Shown: positions 47,270 through 58,509, counted from the first letter of the stretch. The stretch is DNA of 64,000 nt from an uncultured SAR86 cluster bacterium (GCA_902619265.1 CACNDL010000004.1:2513-66512), one strand, 5' to 3'. Translations and numbers: made by a program. The notes: generated by a model from the letters alone, not told the origin.

Positions 47270-50245
47270 TTAGAAGTTATATTGTATGGATATACCTCCA
47301 TTCATTGGTTCCTGCAAATAAAGGTTATAACCACCTCCATTTGATTGAGAACCTATGAAAGCACCCGTAACAATATCTTTATCTTCAATATTATGCACAT
47401 AAAAATCTACCATCCATTTTCCGTCAGGAGATTGATATGTTAAATCAACGTTCATGAAATCGAACTCCTCAACTTGTTCATGTTCGTTGTTAAATACTGT
47501 TAGATAGAAGTCACCTCTATAGATATAGTCCAATCTAGCTGTAAGCAAGCCATTATCGTTATTCATTAGATCAACTTCACCACCGATTGAGAAAGACATA
47601 TCTGGCACACCAGGTAACTTTCTACCGGAAAGATCTTGAATATTGAAGCCAGTGTTTGGACAAGCTGGCCCAAGCAAAGCATTAAATGGTTGGTTACACG
47701 TACTACCTAAACTTCTGTAGATCATACCCACATTCGTCATACCAAATACAACCCCTTGTGATTCGCCAATTGTACTTAAATCAACAGATGTAACACCATA
47801 TGGGTTTCTTGGATCATAATCTTCATAACCATCAAGCTCAGATGTATTAATAGCTCCAGTGAAATTAAATCTGGAATACTCATTTGGCACAAACACTGCT
47901 TCAAGCTCAAATCCAGATACATTCACATCTGAATTAAAAGTTTGTGATGCTAGACCAATAATTTTATTAAGTTGCATATCTGTTACAGAGTTCCAGAAAA
48001 CAGCAGAGTTTAGTGTCAATGCACCACCCAAATATGAACCCTTGGTACCAATCTCAAAGATGTTGTGAATTTCTTCATTAACTAGAGACTGATTTTCACC
48101 CGGCAACAAGTTTAATGTTGGGTTGAAACCACCTGATTTAAGACCTCTATCAAATTTGAGGTATAAAAGTGTGCCGTCATCTAGTTTTTTATCCAATATA
48201 GCTCTTCCAGTAAATTCATCTAAATCTACTGTTTGTGCTGGTGGATTTGGGAAACCTTGAATTGATCCATTATATCCAGCTAAGGATTGAGAAATATCTG
48301 TAATACCTGAGAAAATGAAGTCAGTTTTTGTAACTCTATTGAATCTACCACCTAAGGTTAGATTATCAAACCAACGATCCTCGGATAACTCAGTATTAGT
48401 TTCTACGAATAACCCAAAGGTATCATTTTCTGATTTATTCCATGATTGAAACTGTTGCTGCCATTCAGGTAAAGCTGGGAGAACAGGGAACAATCCAGCT
48501 GCTAAAACAGTTGATATTGGAAGTCCTGCTACAAACCTAACTTGATTAGCTGCATCTACGTGAGATTGATTCACACCAGCAACTGTTCCTGCTCCAACAA
48601 TTTGAGGTAATTGTGCAGCATTTCCAACAAGCACTTGTTGCGCTAAAGCAACACAGTCACCTGCTGGGTCTGTACATTGTCCAGCTGCTAATAACTGAGG
48701 TATTAGAGCCGCAATCTGTGCTGGGGTTGTTGGATCATTGGCTACATAGTCAGTTGCTGCTGAAATAACGCCATTAGTAATGTTATCCAAAGCAACATTG
48801 CCGTAAGTGACAAAATATGTTGCCCAAAAACCCAGACCACCATAAACACCCAAATCTGGGAATAAATTACCTATTGGTCCCAAGCTAACATCAGAGTAAT
48901 ACTGCATACCAGGAGAAGTAACTTTATAGTTTGTTTGAGAAACTGTATCCTCAAAATATATACCACCAGTACCGTTAGTAGCACTATCAAGCATAGATTG
49001 AATTCTGATCTCAAATTGTTTACTCACATAATTTGATTCTGATTCATCTGCTGTTTCTGTTGTTGTGAAATTACGCTGTGTTCCAAAAATATTACCTTGA
49101 ATTGGTCCCATTCTGTAATCTCTTGTTGCTGCACCACCATTTAATGATTGACTGTGTGTGTACTCTTGGTCTATCCAAGCGTAAGTAACAAACATTCTAT
49201 AATCGTCATTAATCATATGATCGAGTACTAAACTAGCACTATCATCAAATCTCTTTAACTTAGGATTTAAAGTTTGAAAAACTTGATTTGGATCTTTCGG
49301 AACAACTGCACCGTCAGAGAAACCTAGAAGTAAGCTAGGCTGAACGATATTACCAGGATAGTTAAGTGTAAGGAAATCAATAGACGCAAAAGCACCAACA
49401 CCTGAGAACGGTATACCTCTATCAGGTAGGCCATCGCCCCACTGATCGCACCCTAATAAAGGGTTTGGATTACAAGCTGCATTTTGATGTCTTAACCTAG
49501 CATCTTCTTCTTCGTTATGCATCATTGTAAGTTTTAATGAGGTTTCATCAGATATATCCCAAATTGTCTTTAGCCTAACGCCAAGATAATCTCTATCGTC
49601 AATGTCTGAGCCATCGTATAAGTTTTCAACGTACCCATCTCTCATAGTGCTTCTGAATGACAATCTTGTTCGCAAGCTTTCACCTGCACCAAAAGTCATA
49701 CCACCTGAATATCTTTCAAGGTTTTTATCACCAAATTCTGCTTTAAGGTAAGCATCTGCATCGTCTCCAGGATCAATACTTTTGATCAAGAAAGTTCCAC
49801 CAGGGTTATTACCACCATATAGCGTACCTTGAGGACCCCTTAAGACTTCAAAACTTGCTAAATCAAATAGCTCGTTTTGTGCCATTTGAAGTGTGCCCAT
49901 ATTGATGTCGTCCTGTCTCGGAACTGCGACAGCTGAAAAGGAACCACCAACAGCATAGTTGGAAATACCTCTAATTTGCACACCTGCTCCTGAGAAGTTT
50001 GTTTTGTTAAAAAGAACACCTGGAACATTAAATTGAAAGTCATAAAATTCCTTTAAGTTCTTCGATTCGATATCTGACGCAGATATAACTGTGACAGCAA
50101 GACCCGTATCCTGCAGTGCTGTATCCTTTCTCAAAGCTGATGTAACAACTTCCTCAATATTTTCTGTATCAACTGATTCAGAATCTTCTTGAGCATAAGA
50201 AAAAGAACTGACTAGCAGAACTAATAATAATAGTATGTATCTCAT
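47270..50245 (-). CDS. TonB-dependent receptor
   Basis: Signal peptide, TonB box EEVVTSA, plug EVLRGPQGTLYG, GLKSGGFN, C-terminal QYNF; GGGAGAG ribosome-binding site before ATG at 50245. Confidence 0.95.
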   Translation of the reverse strand: MRYILLLLVLLVSSFSYAQEDSESVDTENIEEVVTSALRKDTALQDTGLAVTVISASDIESKNLKEFYDFQFNVPGVLFNKTNFSGAGVQIRGISNYAVGGSFSAVAVPRQDDINMGTLQMAQNELFDLASFEVLRGPQGTLYGGNNPGGTFLIKSIDPGDDADAYLKAEFGDKNLERYSGGMTFGAGESLRTRLSFRSTMRDGYVENLYDGSDIDDRDYLGVRLKTIWDISDETSLKLTMMHNEEEDARLRHQNAACNPNPLLGCDQWGDGLPDRGIPFSGVGAFASIDFLTLNYPGNIVQPSLLLGFSDGAVVPKDPNQVFQTLNPKLKRFDDSASLVLDHMINDDYRMFVTYAWIDQEYTHSQSLNGGAATRDYRMGPIQGNIFGTQRNFTTTETADESESNYVSKQFEIRIQSMLDSATNGTGGIYFEDTVSQTNYKVTSPGMQYYSDVSLGPIGNLFPDLGVYGGLGFWATYFVTYGNVALDNITNGVISAATDYVANDPTTPAQIAALIPQLLAAGQCTDPAGDCVALAQQVLVGNAAQLPQIVGAGTVAGVNQSHVDAANQVRFVAGLPISTVLAAGLFPVLPALPEWQQQFQSWNKSENDTFGLFVETNTELSEDRWFDNLTLGGRFNRVTKTDFIFSGITDISQSLAGYNGSIQGFPNPPAQTVDLDEFTGRAILDKKLDDGTLLYLKFDRGLKSGGFNPTLNLLPGENQSLVNEEIHNIFEIGTKGSYLGGALTLNSAVFWNSVTDMQLNKIIGLASQTFNSDVNVSGFELEAVFVPNEYSRFNFTGAINTSELDGYEDYDPRNPYGVTSVDLSTIGESQGVVFGMTNVGMIYRSLGSTCNQPFNALLGPACPNTGFNIQDLSGRKLPGVPDMSFSIGGEVDLMNNDNGLLTARLDYIYRGDFYLTVFNNEHEQVEEFDFMNVDLTYQSPDGKWMVDFYVHNIEDKDIVTGAFIGSQSNGGGYNLYLQEPMNGGISIQYNF

Positions 50246-50314
50246 ATACTCTCCCATAAGATATTTATCCCAATATAATATAACAATTAACTTGGTAAGC
50301 AAACATTTGAAACA

Positions 50315-50968
50315 TTGAGAAAAAGCGAGAAAAGAGAAAAAATTATCAGTCTATTAAATAGACATTTTCCTGATCCGGACGTACCACTCGATCATAAGGA
50401 TGCGTATACCTTATTGATAGCTGTTTTGTTGTCCGCACAATGTACCGATGAAAGAGTAAATCTCATAACTCCTAAACTCTTTAAAAAGGCTGCAAATCCT
50501 TTAAAAATGAGTAGATTAAGCCAAGATACAATCTATAGAATTATTAAGCCATGTGGCTTAGGGCCGCAAAAATCAAAAGCTATAAAAAAACTTTCCGAGA
50601 TTTTAGTAAAAGAATATCAGGGCGAAGTACCTCAAGATATTACGCTTTTGGAGCAATTACCCGGTGTTGGTCATAAAACTGCATCTGTGGTAGTTGCACA
50701 AGCATTTGGCATTCCATCCTTTCCAGTTGATACGCATATTCATAGATGTGCTCAGAGATGGGGATTAACGTCAGGAAAGAATGTTGCAACGACGGAAAGA
50801 GATTTAAAAAAGTTTTTCCCTATTGAAGAATGGAATAAACTTCATATACAAATTATCATGTATGCGAGGAAATATTGTTCTGCAAGGAGTTGTTTCGGTC
50901 TAGAGTGTCCAATTTGTACGAGCTGTTACCCAAATAGAAAATCGAAATTTATACATAAAAAACCATAA
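50315..50968 (+). CDS. nth: Endonuclease III
   Basis: [24 protein letters not shown], 4-Cys Fe-S motif. Confidence 0.93.
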   Translation: MRKSEKREKIISLLNRHFPDPDVPLDHKDAYTLLIAVLLSAQCTDERVNLITPKLFKKAANPLKMSRLSQDTIYRIIKPCGLGPQKSKAIKKLSEILVKEYQGEVPQDITLLEQLPGVGHKTASVVVAQAFGIPSFPVDTHIHRCAQRWGLTSGKNVATTERDLKKFFPIEEWNKLHIQIIMYARKYCSARSCFGLECPICTSCYPNRKSKFIHKKP

Positions 50969-52233
50969 TGAATGAGTTTATAAAAACACAAAATCAGAAA
51001 ATATCAGACTACGATGCTGATCTATCTAAATTCTTAGAGGCTGAATCTAATAGACAAGAAGAACACATTGAATTAATTGCTTCTGAAAACTATGCCTCAA
51101 AAAGAGTATTGGAAGCACAAGGTAGTGTTTTAACCAATAAATATGCTGAGGGCTATCCAAATAAAAGGTATTACGGCGGATGTGAGCACGTTGATGGTGC
51201 CGAAACTCTAGCTATTGAAAGAGCAAAAACACTTTTTAATGCAAAGTTTGCAAACGTCCAACCACATTCAGGTGCTTCAGCTAATGCCGCAGTTTTTCTA
51301 GCTCTAATGGAGCCTGGAGATACTTTTTTAGGCATGGCTTTAGATCAAGGAGGCCATTTAACTCATGGATCGAAAGTAAATTTTTCCGGCAAAAATTTTA
51401 ATGCAATTCAGTACGGTTTAGATCAAGTAACCGGCGATATTGATTATGTAGAAATAAGGAAATTGGCGCATGAACATAAACCTAAGATGATTGTAGCTGG
51501 ATTTTCTGCTTTTATGGGGATTGCCAATTGGAAACTATTTAGAGAGATTGCCGATGAAGTTGGAGCGTTTCTCATGGTCGATATGGCTCATGTATCAGGT
51601 TTAGTTGCTGGAGGAGTTTATCCCAATCCTGTGGAATTTGCTCATGTTGTCACAAGCACAACACATAAGTCTTTAAGGGGACCAAGATCAGGTATTATCT
51701 TGTCTAACGAAGACGAGGAATTTCAGAAAAAATTAAATTTTGCGGTCTTTCCCGGATCACAAGGTGGACCATTAATGCATGTGATAGCTGCTAAAGCTGT
51801 GTGTTTTAAAGAAGCAATGACAAATGATTTTAAAGAATACCAAAAACAAATTATTTCAAACGCTAAGACCATGTGTGAACATTTCATATCTAGAGGATTT
51901 AATTTAGTCCAAAAAGATACAGATAATCATCTAATTTTAATGGATCTTAGAAATAAAAACGTTACTGGAAAAGAAGCTGAAGAACTTCTAGGCACTGTAA
52001 ATATTACAGTAAATAAGAATTCAATTCCAAATGATCCTGAATCTCCGTTTGTAACGTCTGGTATTCGTATTGGTACACCAGCTATGACAACACGAGGCTT
52101 TAAGAACGATGAGGCAAAACAGGTAGTCGATTTAATTTGTGATGCGATAGAAAATAAAGAAAACTCTGATGAACTTGGTATAGTAAAGGATAAGGTAAAG
52201 GAGTTATGCAGTAAATTTCCTGTTTATAAATAA
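50968..52233 (+). CDS. glyA: Serine hydroxymethyltransferase
   Basis: [31 protein letters not shown]. Confidence 0.98.
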   Translation: MNEFIKTQNQKISDYDADLSKFLEAESNRQEEHIELIASENYASKRVLEAQGSVLTNKYAEGYPNKRYYGGCEHVDGAETLAIERAKTLFNAKFANVQPHSGASANAAVFLALMEPGDTFLGMALDQGGHLTHGSKVNFSGKNFNAIQYGLDQVTGDIDYVEIRKLAHEHKPKMIVAGFSAFMGIANWKLFREIADEVGAFLMVDMAHVSGLVAGGVYPNPVEFAHVVTSTTHKSLRGPRSGIILSNEDEEFQKKLNFAVFPGSQGGPLMHVIAAKAVCFKEAMTNDFKEYQKQIISNAKTMCEHFISRGFNLVQKDTDNHLILMDLRNKNVTGKEAEELLGTVNITVNKNSIPNDPESPFVTSGIRIGTPAMTTRGFKNDEAKQVVDLICDAIENKENSDELGIVKDKVKELCSKFPVYK

Positions 52234-52685
52234 TGTTTTGTCCATTTTGTACACATGAAGAAACAAAAGTAGTCGATTCAAGATTAGTAGCCAATGGTTC
52301 TCAAATTAAAAGAAGAAGGGAATGTTTAAACTGTGGAGAGAGGTTCTCTACTTATGAAGAAGCAGAACTTGTAATGCCCAGGATCATAAAATCTAATGAA
52401 AGGCGCGAACCATTTGACGAAGAAAAACTAAGAGCAGGCCTGCATAAAGCCCTTGAAAAAAGACCAGTATCTTCTGATCAAATTGAAAATGCCCTACAAA
52501 ATATTAAAGACTACATAAGAAAAATAGGAGAAAGGGAGATACAAGCTCAAGTGATAGGAAAGCAAGTAATGAACCAATTAAAAGATCTTGATCAAGTCGC
52601 CTATGTAAGATTTGCCTCTGTATATCAAGATTTTCAAGATATAAAAGACTTCGCCGATGAAGTCTCCGAACTTTCAAAAAATTAA
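52233..52685 (+). CDS. nrdR: Transcriptional repressor NrdR
   Basis: CPFC...KRRREC..C zinc ribbon, ATP cone, [10 protein letters not shown]. Confidence 0.97.
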   Translation: MFCPFCTHEETKVVDSRLVANGSQIKRRRECLNCGERFSTYEEAELVMPRIIKSNERREPFDEEKLRAGLHKALEKRPVSSDQIENALQNIKDYIRKIGEREIQAQVIGKQVMNQLKDLDQVAYVRFASVYQDFQDIKDFADEVSELSKN

Positions 52686-53674
52686 TGAATTATACATCGC
52701 TCATGGAAAGAGCTATAGAGATTTCTATGCCTTTCAAATATCTTGTAAAACCAAACCCAATGGTTGGTGCTTTAATTCTTAAAGGCGATCAAATAGTTTC
52801 AGAAGGTGCGCATCAAAAATATGGTGAAGCTCACGCGGAAATTAATTGTTTTCAGGCATTAAAGGAACCAATTACCAATGAACATGTGATGGTTTGTTCT
52901 CTTGAACCATGCAATCATCAAGGTAAGACTGGTCCATGTACAGAAAAAATCATTGCTTCAGGAATTAAAAAGATAATTATTGGTAGTTTAGATCCGAATC
53001 CTAAAGTAGCTGGAATGGGAATAAAAAAACTTCAGGATGCAGGCATAGAAGTAATTCAAGGCATTCTTGAAGATAAGGTAAAAAAATTGAATAAGTTCTT
53101 TTTTTTCAAGCACTTAAATGGAAGACCATTTATAACCATTAAAATTGCTAGTTCAGCTGATGGCAAATCTCATAGTAAGGATGGAAGTACTACATGGATT
53201 ACATCGAAGAAATCTAGAAAAGATGTCCAATTAATCAGAGCAGAACATGATGCTATTTTAACTGGCGGAAATACAGTAAGAAACGATCAACCCAGAATGA
53301 ATGCCCGCGTTGACTTCGCATTAAACCAACCTAAAAAACTTCTTCTAACTTCTCAAAATGAATGGAATAGAGATATGGATTTTTTCCAAACATCTGAAGT
53401 TGAGTTAATTGCAGAAAAAAATCTTCATACAGTTATAAATAACATAGCTCAGCAGGATATAAATTCTGTTTTAGTTGAAGCTGGACCAAAATTAGTAAGA
53501 GCATTTCTAAAAGAAGATTTATGTGAGGAATTAATTGAATACAAATCACCAAATAATTTAGGAGATGACGGTGTCCCCTGGTTTGAAGATAACGAGGGAA
53601 TTGATAAATTTAATTTTAATCTTAAATCTTCGTATACAATTGACCGAGATTTAAAAAGTATTTTTACAAAATGA
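52685..53674 (+). CDS. ribD: Riboflavin biosynthesis deaminase/reductase
   Basis: PNPMVG, HAE, LEPCNHQGKTGPC, WIT, VEAG. Confidence 0.92.
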   Translation: MNYTSLMERAIEISMPFKYLVKPNPMVGALILKGDQIVSEGAHQKYGEAHAEINCFQALKEPITNEHVMVCSLEPCNHQGKTGPCTEKIIASGIKKIIIGSLDPNPKVAGMGIKKLQDAGIEVIQGILEDKVKKLNKFFFFKHLNGRPFITIKIASSADGKSHSKDGSTTWITSKKSRKDVQLIRAEHDAILTGGNTVRNDQPRMNARVDFALNQPKKLLLTSQNEWNRDMDFFQTSEVELIAEKNLHTVINNIAQQDINSVLVEAGPKLVRAFLKEDLCEELIEYKSPNNLGDDGVPWFEDNEGIDKFNFNLKSSYTIDRDLKSIFTK

Positions 53675-54750
53675 ACAAAGATGAGATAAAGGATGTAATT
53701 GCCGATTTAAAAAAAGGCAAAATGGTTATCATTTTAGATGATGAAGATCGAGAGAATGAGGGCGATCTAATTTGTGCCGCTGAAGCAATTACACCTGAAA
53801 TTGTGAACTTTATGGCAACAAATGGTCGAGGCCTAATATGTTTAGCTTTAGATGCTGAAAAATGCGAAAAACTAAACTTACGACCGATGACTAACAATAA
53901 TAAGGCAAGTAATCGCACAGCCTTCACAGTTTCAATTGAAGCCAAGGAAGGTATAACTACAGGAATTTCAGCAAAGGATAGAGCTCATACAATTTTAACT
54001 GCTGTAAATGCTGATGCCTCAAAAGATGACATCGTCCAACCAGGTCATGTGTTTCCATTACAAGCTATGCGAGGAGGAGTTCTCGCTAGAGCCGGGCATA
54101 CTGAAGCTGCTTGTGATTTAGCTGCTTTAGCTGGCTTTTCAGCAGCTGGTGTAATCTGCGAAATAATGAACGACGACGGTACTATGGCTCGAAGGGACGA
54201 TCTACTTAAATTTGGAGAAAAACATAATTTAAAGGTTGGCACTATTGCCGACCTGATTGATTACAAACTCTCCAAAGAATCTACTATTGAAAATGTTCAT
54301 ACAAAAGACGTAACAACAGAATTTGGAGAATTTAAGTTAAACGTTTGGCGGGATGTAATCTTTGATGAATATCATTTTTCTCTAACAAAAGGGTTTCCAG
54401 AAAAGGTTGATGTGCCAATGGTTAGAGTCCAGACACAAAGCGTACTTCAAGATACTTTGGGTATAGATGAAATTGGCAAAAAATGGTCAATTAGAAAATC
54501 TTTACAAAAGATAGCTGACGAAGGTACTGGAGTTTTTGTCTTAATCAATCATAGAGATGCAAAAACTTATTGGCTTTCTAGTTTGAAAGATGAAAATATT
54601 GAGCCAAAAAGAAATCGAAGAGTTATTGGTATTGGTTCACAGATATTAAGAGCCATAGGTCTAAACAAAATTAAAGTTTTGGGAACTCCCACAAAATATA
54701 GTGGACTATCAGGATTTAATATTGAAATAGAAGGATTTATTGATGAATAA
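53671..54750 (+). CDS. ribB: DHBP synthase with degenerate GTP cyclohydrolase II domain (RibBX type)
   Basis: DDEDRENEGD, TGISAKDR, RAGHTEA; C-terminal domain lacks the Zn-binding cysteines. Confidence 0.9.
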   Translation: MNKDEIKDVIADLKKGKMVIILDDEDRENEGDLICAAEAITPEIVNFMATNGRGLICLALDAEKCEKLNLRPMTNNNKASNRTAFTVSIEAKEGITTGISAKDRAHTILTAVNADASKDDIVQPGHVFPLQAMRGGVLARAGHTEAACDLAALAGFSAAGVICEIMNDDGTMARRDDLLKFGEKHNLKVGTIADLIDYKLSKESTIENVHTKDVTTEFGEFKLNVWRDVIFDEYHFSLTKGFPEKVDVPMVRVQTQSVLQDTLGIDEIGKKWSIRKSLQKIADEGTGVFVLINHRDAKTYWLSSLKDENIEPKRNRRVIGIGSQILRAIGLNKIKVLGTPTKYSGLSGFNIEIEGFIDE

Positions 54751-55198
54751 CGCACCAAACTTTGATGCTGAATTAAAAAATATAGCTAATAAAAAAATTC
54801 TTGTAGTTACCACAGCTTGGAATAAAGATTTTCTGGCCCCTGCAGTCGAAGAAATTACTCAACATGCAAAAGCAGAGGAAATAGATGTTTCACTCAAATT
54901 TTGTCCAGGTTCACTTGAATTAGCTGCAACCATCAAAAGAACAATTAAAAATGCTGAATTTGATGGTGTGATAGCATTGGGCCTTGTCATAAAAGGAGAT
55001 ACTCCTCACTTCAAACTAGTTTCTAGACAAACGTTCCATGATCTAGGTAAAGTTGCATTAGATTTTGAAGCCATTCCCTTGGTAAATGGAGTTTTAACTG
55101 TTGATAATAAAGTTCAGGCTGAGGAAAGAATTAATCCTCAAAAAATGAACAAAGGAAGAGAATTTTCAAGTTCCTTATTTCAGATGATGTCTGCTTGA
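54743..55198 (+). CDS. ribH: 6,7-dimethyl-8-ribityllumazine synthase
   Basis: PGSLEL, IALGLVIKGDTPHF, NGVLT, NKG. Confidence 0.88.
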   Translation: MNNAPNFDAELKNIANKKILVVTTAWNKDFLAPAVEEITQHAKAEEIDVSLKFCPGSLELAATIKRTIKNAEFDGVIALGLVIKGDTPHFKLVSRQTFHDLGKVALDFEAIPLVNGVLTVDNKVQAEERINPQKMNKGREFSSSLFQMMSA

Positions 55199-55199
55199 T

Positions 55200-55619
55200 A
55201 TGAAAAATCTTAGTCAGCATAAAGAGAAGGTAAATGCTCGAGAACTTTTAGTCCAAGCTTTGTACGAATATTCATTTGGTCATAATGAAGCTAAATCAAT
55301 TGAAGAGTCTTTTAGAAAAGATTTTACTAAAACAAAGGTAGATTACATTTTCTTTAGGAATACTTTCAATTACATAGTTGAAAATATCGTACAACTTAAA
55401 GAAACTATCCTAGAATCGGCAGAATTAGAAGTCTTTGGCATAAAATCAATTGAGATTATGGAAGAGAATATTCTTTTAATAATAATGGCTGAAAATACAC
55501 TAGATGAAACACCGAGAGAGATTTTGATAGATGAAGGAGTAAGATTAAGTAAAAAGTTTTGTTCTGAAAACTCTTATAAATTTATCAATGCAACATTAGA
55601 AAAAATATTAGAATCCTAG
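55200..55619 (+). CDS. nusB: Transcription antitermination factor NusB
   Basis: ARELLVQALY, ILIDEGVRLSKKF, KFINATL; follows ribH. Confidence 0.85.
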   Translation: MKNLSQHKEKVNARELLVQALYEYSFGHNEAKSIEESFRKDFTKTKVDYIFFRNTFNYIVENIVQLKETILESAELEVFGIKSIEIMEENILLIIMAENTLDETPREILIDEGVRLSKKFCSENSYKFINATLEKILES

Positions 55620-55620
55620 A

Positions 55621-56394
55621 ATGAGTAAAATTGGTTTTATAGGTTGCGGCCACATGGCTAAGGCGTTAATTAAGGGACTAAAAAGCAATAAATCTTATGA
55701 GTTGTTTGGCCACGACAGAAACACTAAAAATTTAGCTTGGCTTGAGCAAGAAAAGATCCCTTTTTGTTCATTAAAAGAAATCTGTCAAGAATCTGATATT
55801 TTGATGATTTGTGTAAAGCCAAAAGACATGTATGACCTGTGCTCAGAAATGAGAACATATATTGGTAATGAATTAAAAATAGTAAGTGTTGCTGCTGGCA
55901 CAACATTAGAAAATTTAAAAGATGCTCTGCCTGGAGGAAAAGTGTATAGAGCAATGCCCAATATTGGTGCGAAACATAACCTTGGAATAACAAGTATTTT
56001 TTCTTATGAAGAACTAAATGAAATTATAGAAATTTTTAATTATCTCGGTAAAGCTATAGTTGTTGAGGATGAAGACAAAATAAACTTACATACATCGCTT
56101 ATTGGCAGTGCCCCAGCATTTTACTTTGAAATTATAAATGAATTTGAACATAGACTGAGTGAACTTTTACCCGATGATGTCTCAAAAAGAGATATAACTC
56201 TTTTATTTCTAACTAGTTTAATTAGTGCAATACAAAATGGGGAGAATTTGGAAGACTTAATTCAAAGCATTAAATCAAAAGGCGGAACTACCGAAGCTGG
56301 CCTTAACCACTTGTACGAAAAAGATTTTATAAATATTTTTTCCGAAGCTATTGATGCTGCTAAAAATAGAGCAGCAGATTTATCTATGGATTAA
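55621..56394 (+). CDS. proC: Pyrroline-5-carboxylate reductase
   Basis: IGFIGCGHMA, SVAAG, RAMPN, SKGGTTEAG. Confidence 0.9.
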   Translation: MSKIGFIGCGHMAKALIKGLKSNKSYELFGHDRNTKNLAWLEQEKIPFCSLKEICQESDILMICVKPKDMYDLCSEMRTYIGNELKIVSVAAGTTLENLKDALPGGKVYRAMPNIGAKHNLGITSIFSYEELNEIIEIFNYLGKAIVVEDEDKINLHTSLIGSAPAFYFEIINEFEHRLSELLPDDVSKRDITLLFLTSLISAIQNGENLEDLIQSIKSKGGTTEAGLNHLYEKDFINIFSEAIDAAKNRAADLSMD

Positions 56395-57642
56395 ATCTTC
56401 TCTATTTGGGCCATTAGAAATTAAACTGATCTTTACTCCAACAAAGTTTTCAATAAAGTTTAAAAAATCTTTTGCTTTATCTGGAAGCGAATCATAATTT
56501 TTACAATCTGCCAGAGAACAATTCCAGCCTTTGAAGTCCTTATAGATAGGTTCAGCTTTGTGAAGTAATCTAGATTTAAAGGGAGTCTCCTCACCATTTA
56601 CTTTATATCCTATGCAAGCTTTTATCTCATCAAAAGCATCTAGAACATCAAGTTTTGTAATACAAAGCTCAGTTAAATTATTTAATTTTGCTGAATATTT
56701 AAGTGCAACAAGATCAAGCCAACCGCATCTTCTTGGTCTACCAGTTGTTGCGCCAAATTCGTGACCAAGCTCCGCAATTTTCTGCCCCACATCACAAAAT
56801 AATTCAGTTGGAAATGGTCCTGCACCTACTCTAGTTGTATAGGCTTTTGCAACGCCAAGAACATCTGAATAGATGCTTTTAGGAAACCCTGAACCAATGC
56901 CTACAGAAGTAGCTAAAGTATTTGATGAAGTAACATATGGATAAGTACCATAATCAACATCTAACAAAGTCCCTTGAGCACCTTCATATAATATGTTTCC
57001 ACCTTGTTCGTATATGTTTTCAAGGGTATCTGTTACATCACCAAAATATTTTGCTGCCTTTTTATAGGATTGCATTAGCTCGCTATAAACTTCTTCATAC
57101 ACAAAAGGTTCTGAGTCATGAATGTTTTGAATTTGATAATTATAATATTCAACCAAACTTTTAAGCTTAGTTTCTAGTAGATCATTATCTTCAAGATCAA
57201 AAGCCTTGATGCTTCTTCTAGCTGTTTTATCTTCATAAGCAGGACCAATACCTCTTCGAGTAGTGCCTATCGAATTTTTGTTATCTTCCCTTAGCTGATC
57301 AATTTTAGCGTGTAGAGGCAACAGCAAACTACAATATCTACTTATTCTTAGCTTGTCCTCGAGATTGATACCTTTTTGCTCCAATTGTTCAATTTCTTCA
57401 AGCAATGAGTCGATAGATAAGATGACTCCTTGACCAATGAAGCATGACACATGGTCATAAAATATCCCTGATGGTATAAGATGAAGAACAAATTTTTCTT
57501 CTTCCTTATAAATTGTATGGCCAGCGTTATGTCCCCCTTGAAAACGACAAACGGCATCAAATTTTTTTGAATAAAAATCTACGATTTTTCCTTTTCCTTC
57601 GTCACCCCATTGAGTGCCTACAAGGATCAGGGATTTTTTCAT
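56380..57642 (-). CDS. purA: Adenylosuccinate synthetase
   Basis: QWGDEGKGK, GGHNAGHT, GTTRRGIGPAY, GATTGRPRRCGW. Confidence 0.98.
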   Translation of the reverse strand: MKKSLILVGTQWGDEGKGKIVDFYSKKFDAVCRFQGGHNAGHTIYKEEEKFVLHLIPSGIFYDHVSCFIGQGVILSIDSLLEEIEQLEQKGINLEDKLRISRYCSLLLPLHAKIDQLREDNKNSIGTTRRGIGPAYEDKTARRSIKAFDLEDNDLLETKLKSLVEYYNYQIQNIHDSEPFVYEEVYSELMQSYKKAAKYFGDVTDTLENIYEQGGNILYEGAQGTLLDVDYGTYPYVTSSNTLATSVGIGSGFPKSIYSDVLGVAKAYTTRVGAGPFPTELFCDVGQKIAELGHEFGATTGRPRRCGWLDLVALKYSAKLNNLTELCITKLDVLDAFDEIKACIGYKVNGEETPFKSRLLHKAEPIYKDFKGWNCSLADCKNYDSLPDKAKDFLNFIENFVGVKISLISNGPNREDLIHR

Positions 57643-58509
57643 TTACTTAGGTTCAGATTTATTTAGATACTTAAAGTAATCACTATCAGGATCTATTAAT
57701 AAGATATCTCCCTCGTCATTAAAGGTATTTCTGTAAGCTTTTAGGCTTCTTGTAAAATCATAAAATTCAGGATCTCTGTTATAAGCATCAGCATAAGTAG
57801 CTGTAGCTGTTGCGTCGCCCTCACCTCTGATTTTTTCAGCCTCTTTTGTAGCATTAGCCAAAATAATAGTTCTTTGCTTATCAGCATCAGCTCTTATCTT
57901 TTCAGCTGTTTCTCTACCTTCTGCTCTTAATTGCTCTGCAATTCGGTTTCTCTCAGTTTTCATTCTCTCAAAAACTGAAGCTCTGATCTCTCTTTCAAAA
58001 TCGATTCTTTTTACACGAAAATCTATTATTTCTACACCTAGCTGAGCTGAATCTTCGCCAAGAGAATTCTTTAACGCAAGCATCAGACCATCTCGATCAC
58101 CCGAAACAACTTCAATAAGGGTACGTTTACCAAATTCGTTTCTAAGTTTGTCTTTAATTCTTCTTTGCAATGTATCCTCGGCTACTCTACTTTGACCACC
58201 ATTAGTAGATGTGTAGTATGTTTCAGCATCTACAATTTTATATTTAACAAATGAGTCAACATTAAGAGGTTTTGCTTCACTTGAAAGTACTCTGTCAGGA
58301 GGAGTATCAAGTGAACGAATTCTTGCCTCGAATTTGGTTACAGTATCTATAAAAGGTATCTTGAAATTTAAACCAGGCTCCAATGTTCTCTCAAAAGCAC
58401 CAAGTTTCAATAAAATTGCTTTTTCAGTATCTCTAACAATTACAACAGATTGTACCAGTGCTGTTAAAACTAAGACTACTAGCAATGTAATAAAACCGTT
58501 TCTATTCAT
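57643..58509 (-). CDS. hflC: Protease modulator HflC
   Basis: SPFH domain, PGLNFKIPF, RMKTER, PEFYDFTRSL. Confidence 0.93.
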   Translation of the reverse strand: MNRNGFITLLVVLVLTALVQSVVIVRDTEKAILLKLGAFERTLEPGLNFKIPFIDTVTKFEARIRSLDTPPDRVLSSEAKPLNVDSFVKYKIVDAETYYTSTNGGQSRVAEDTLQRRIKDKLRNEFGKRTLIEVVSGDRDGLMLALKNSLGEDSAQLGVEIIDFRVKRIDFEREIRASVFERMKTERNRIAEQLRAEGRETAEKIRADADKQRTIILANATKEAEKIRGEGDATATATYADAYNRDPEFYDFTRSLKAYRNTFNDEGDILLIDPDSDYFKYLNKSEPK

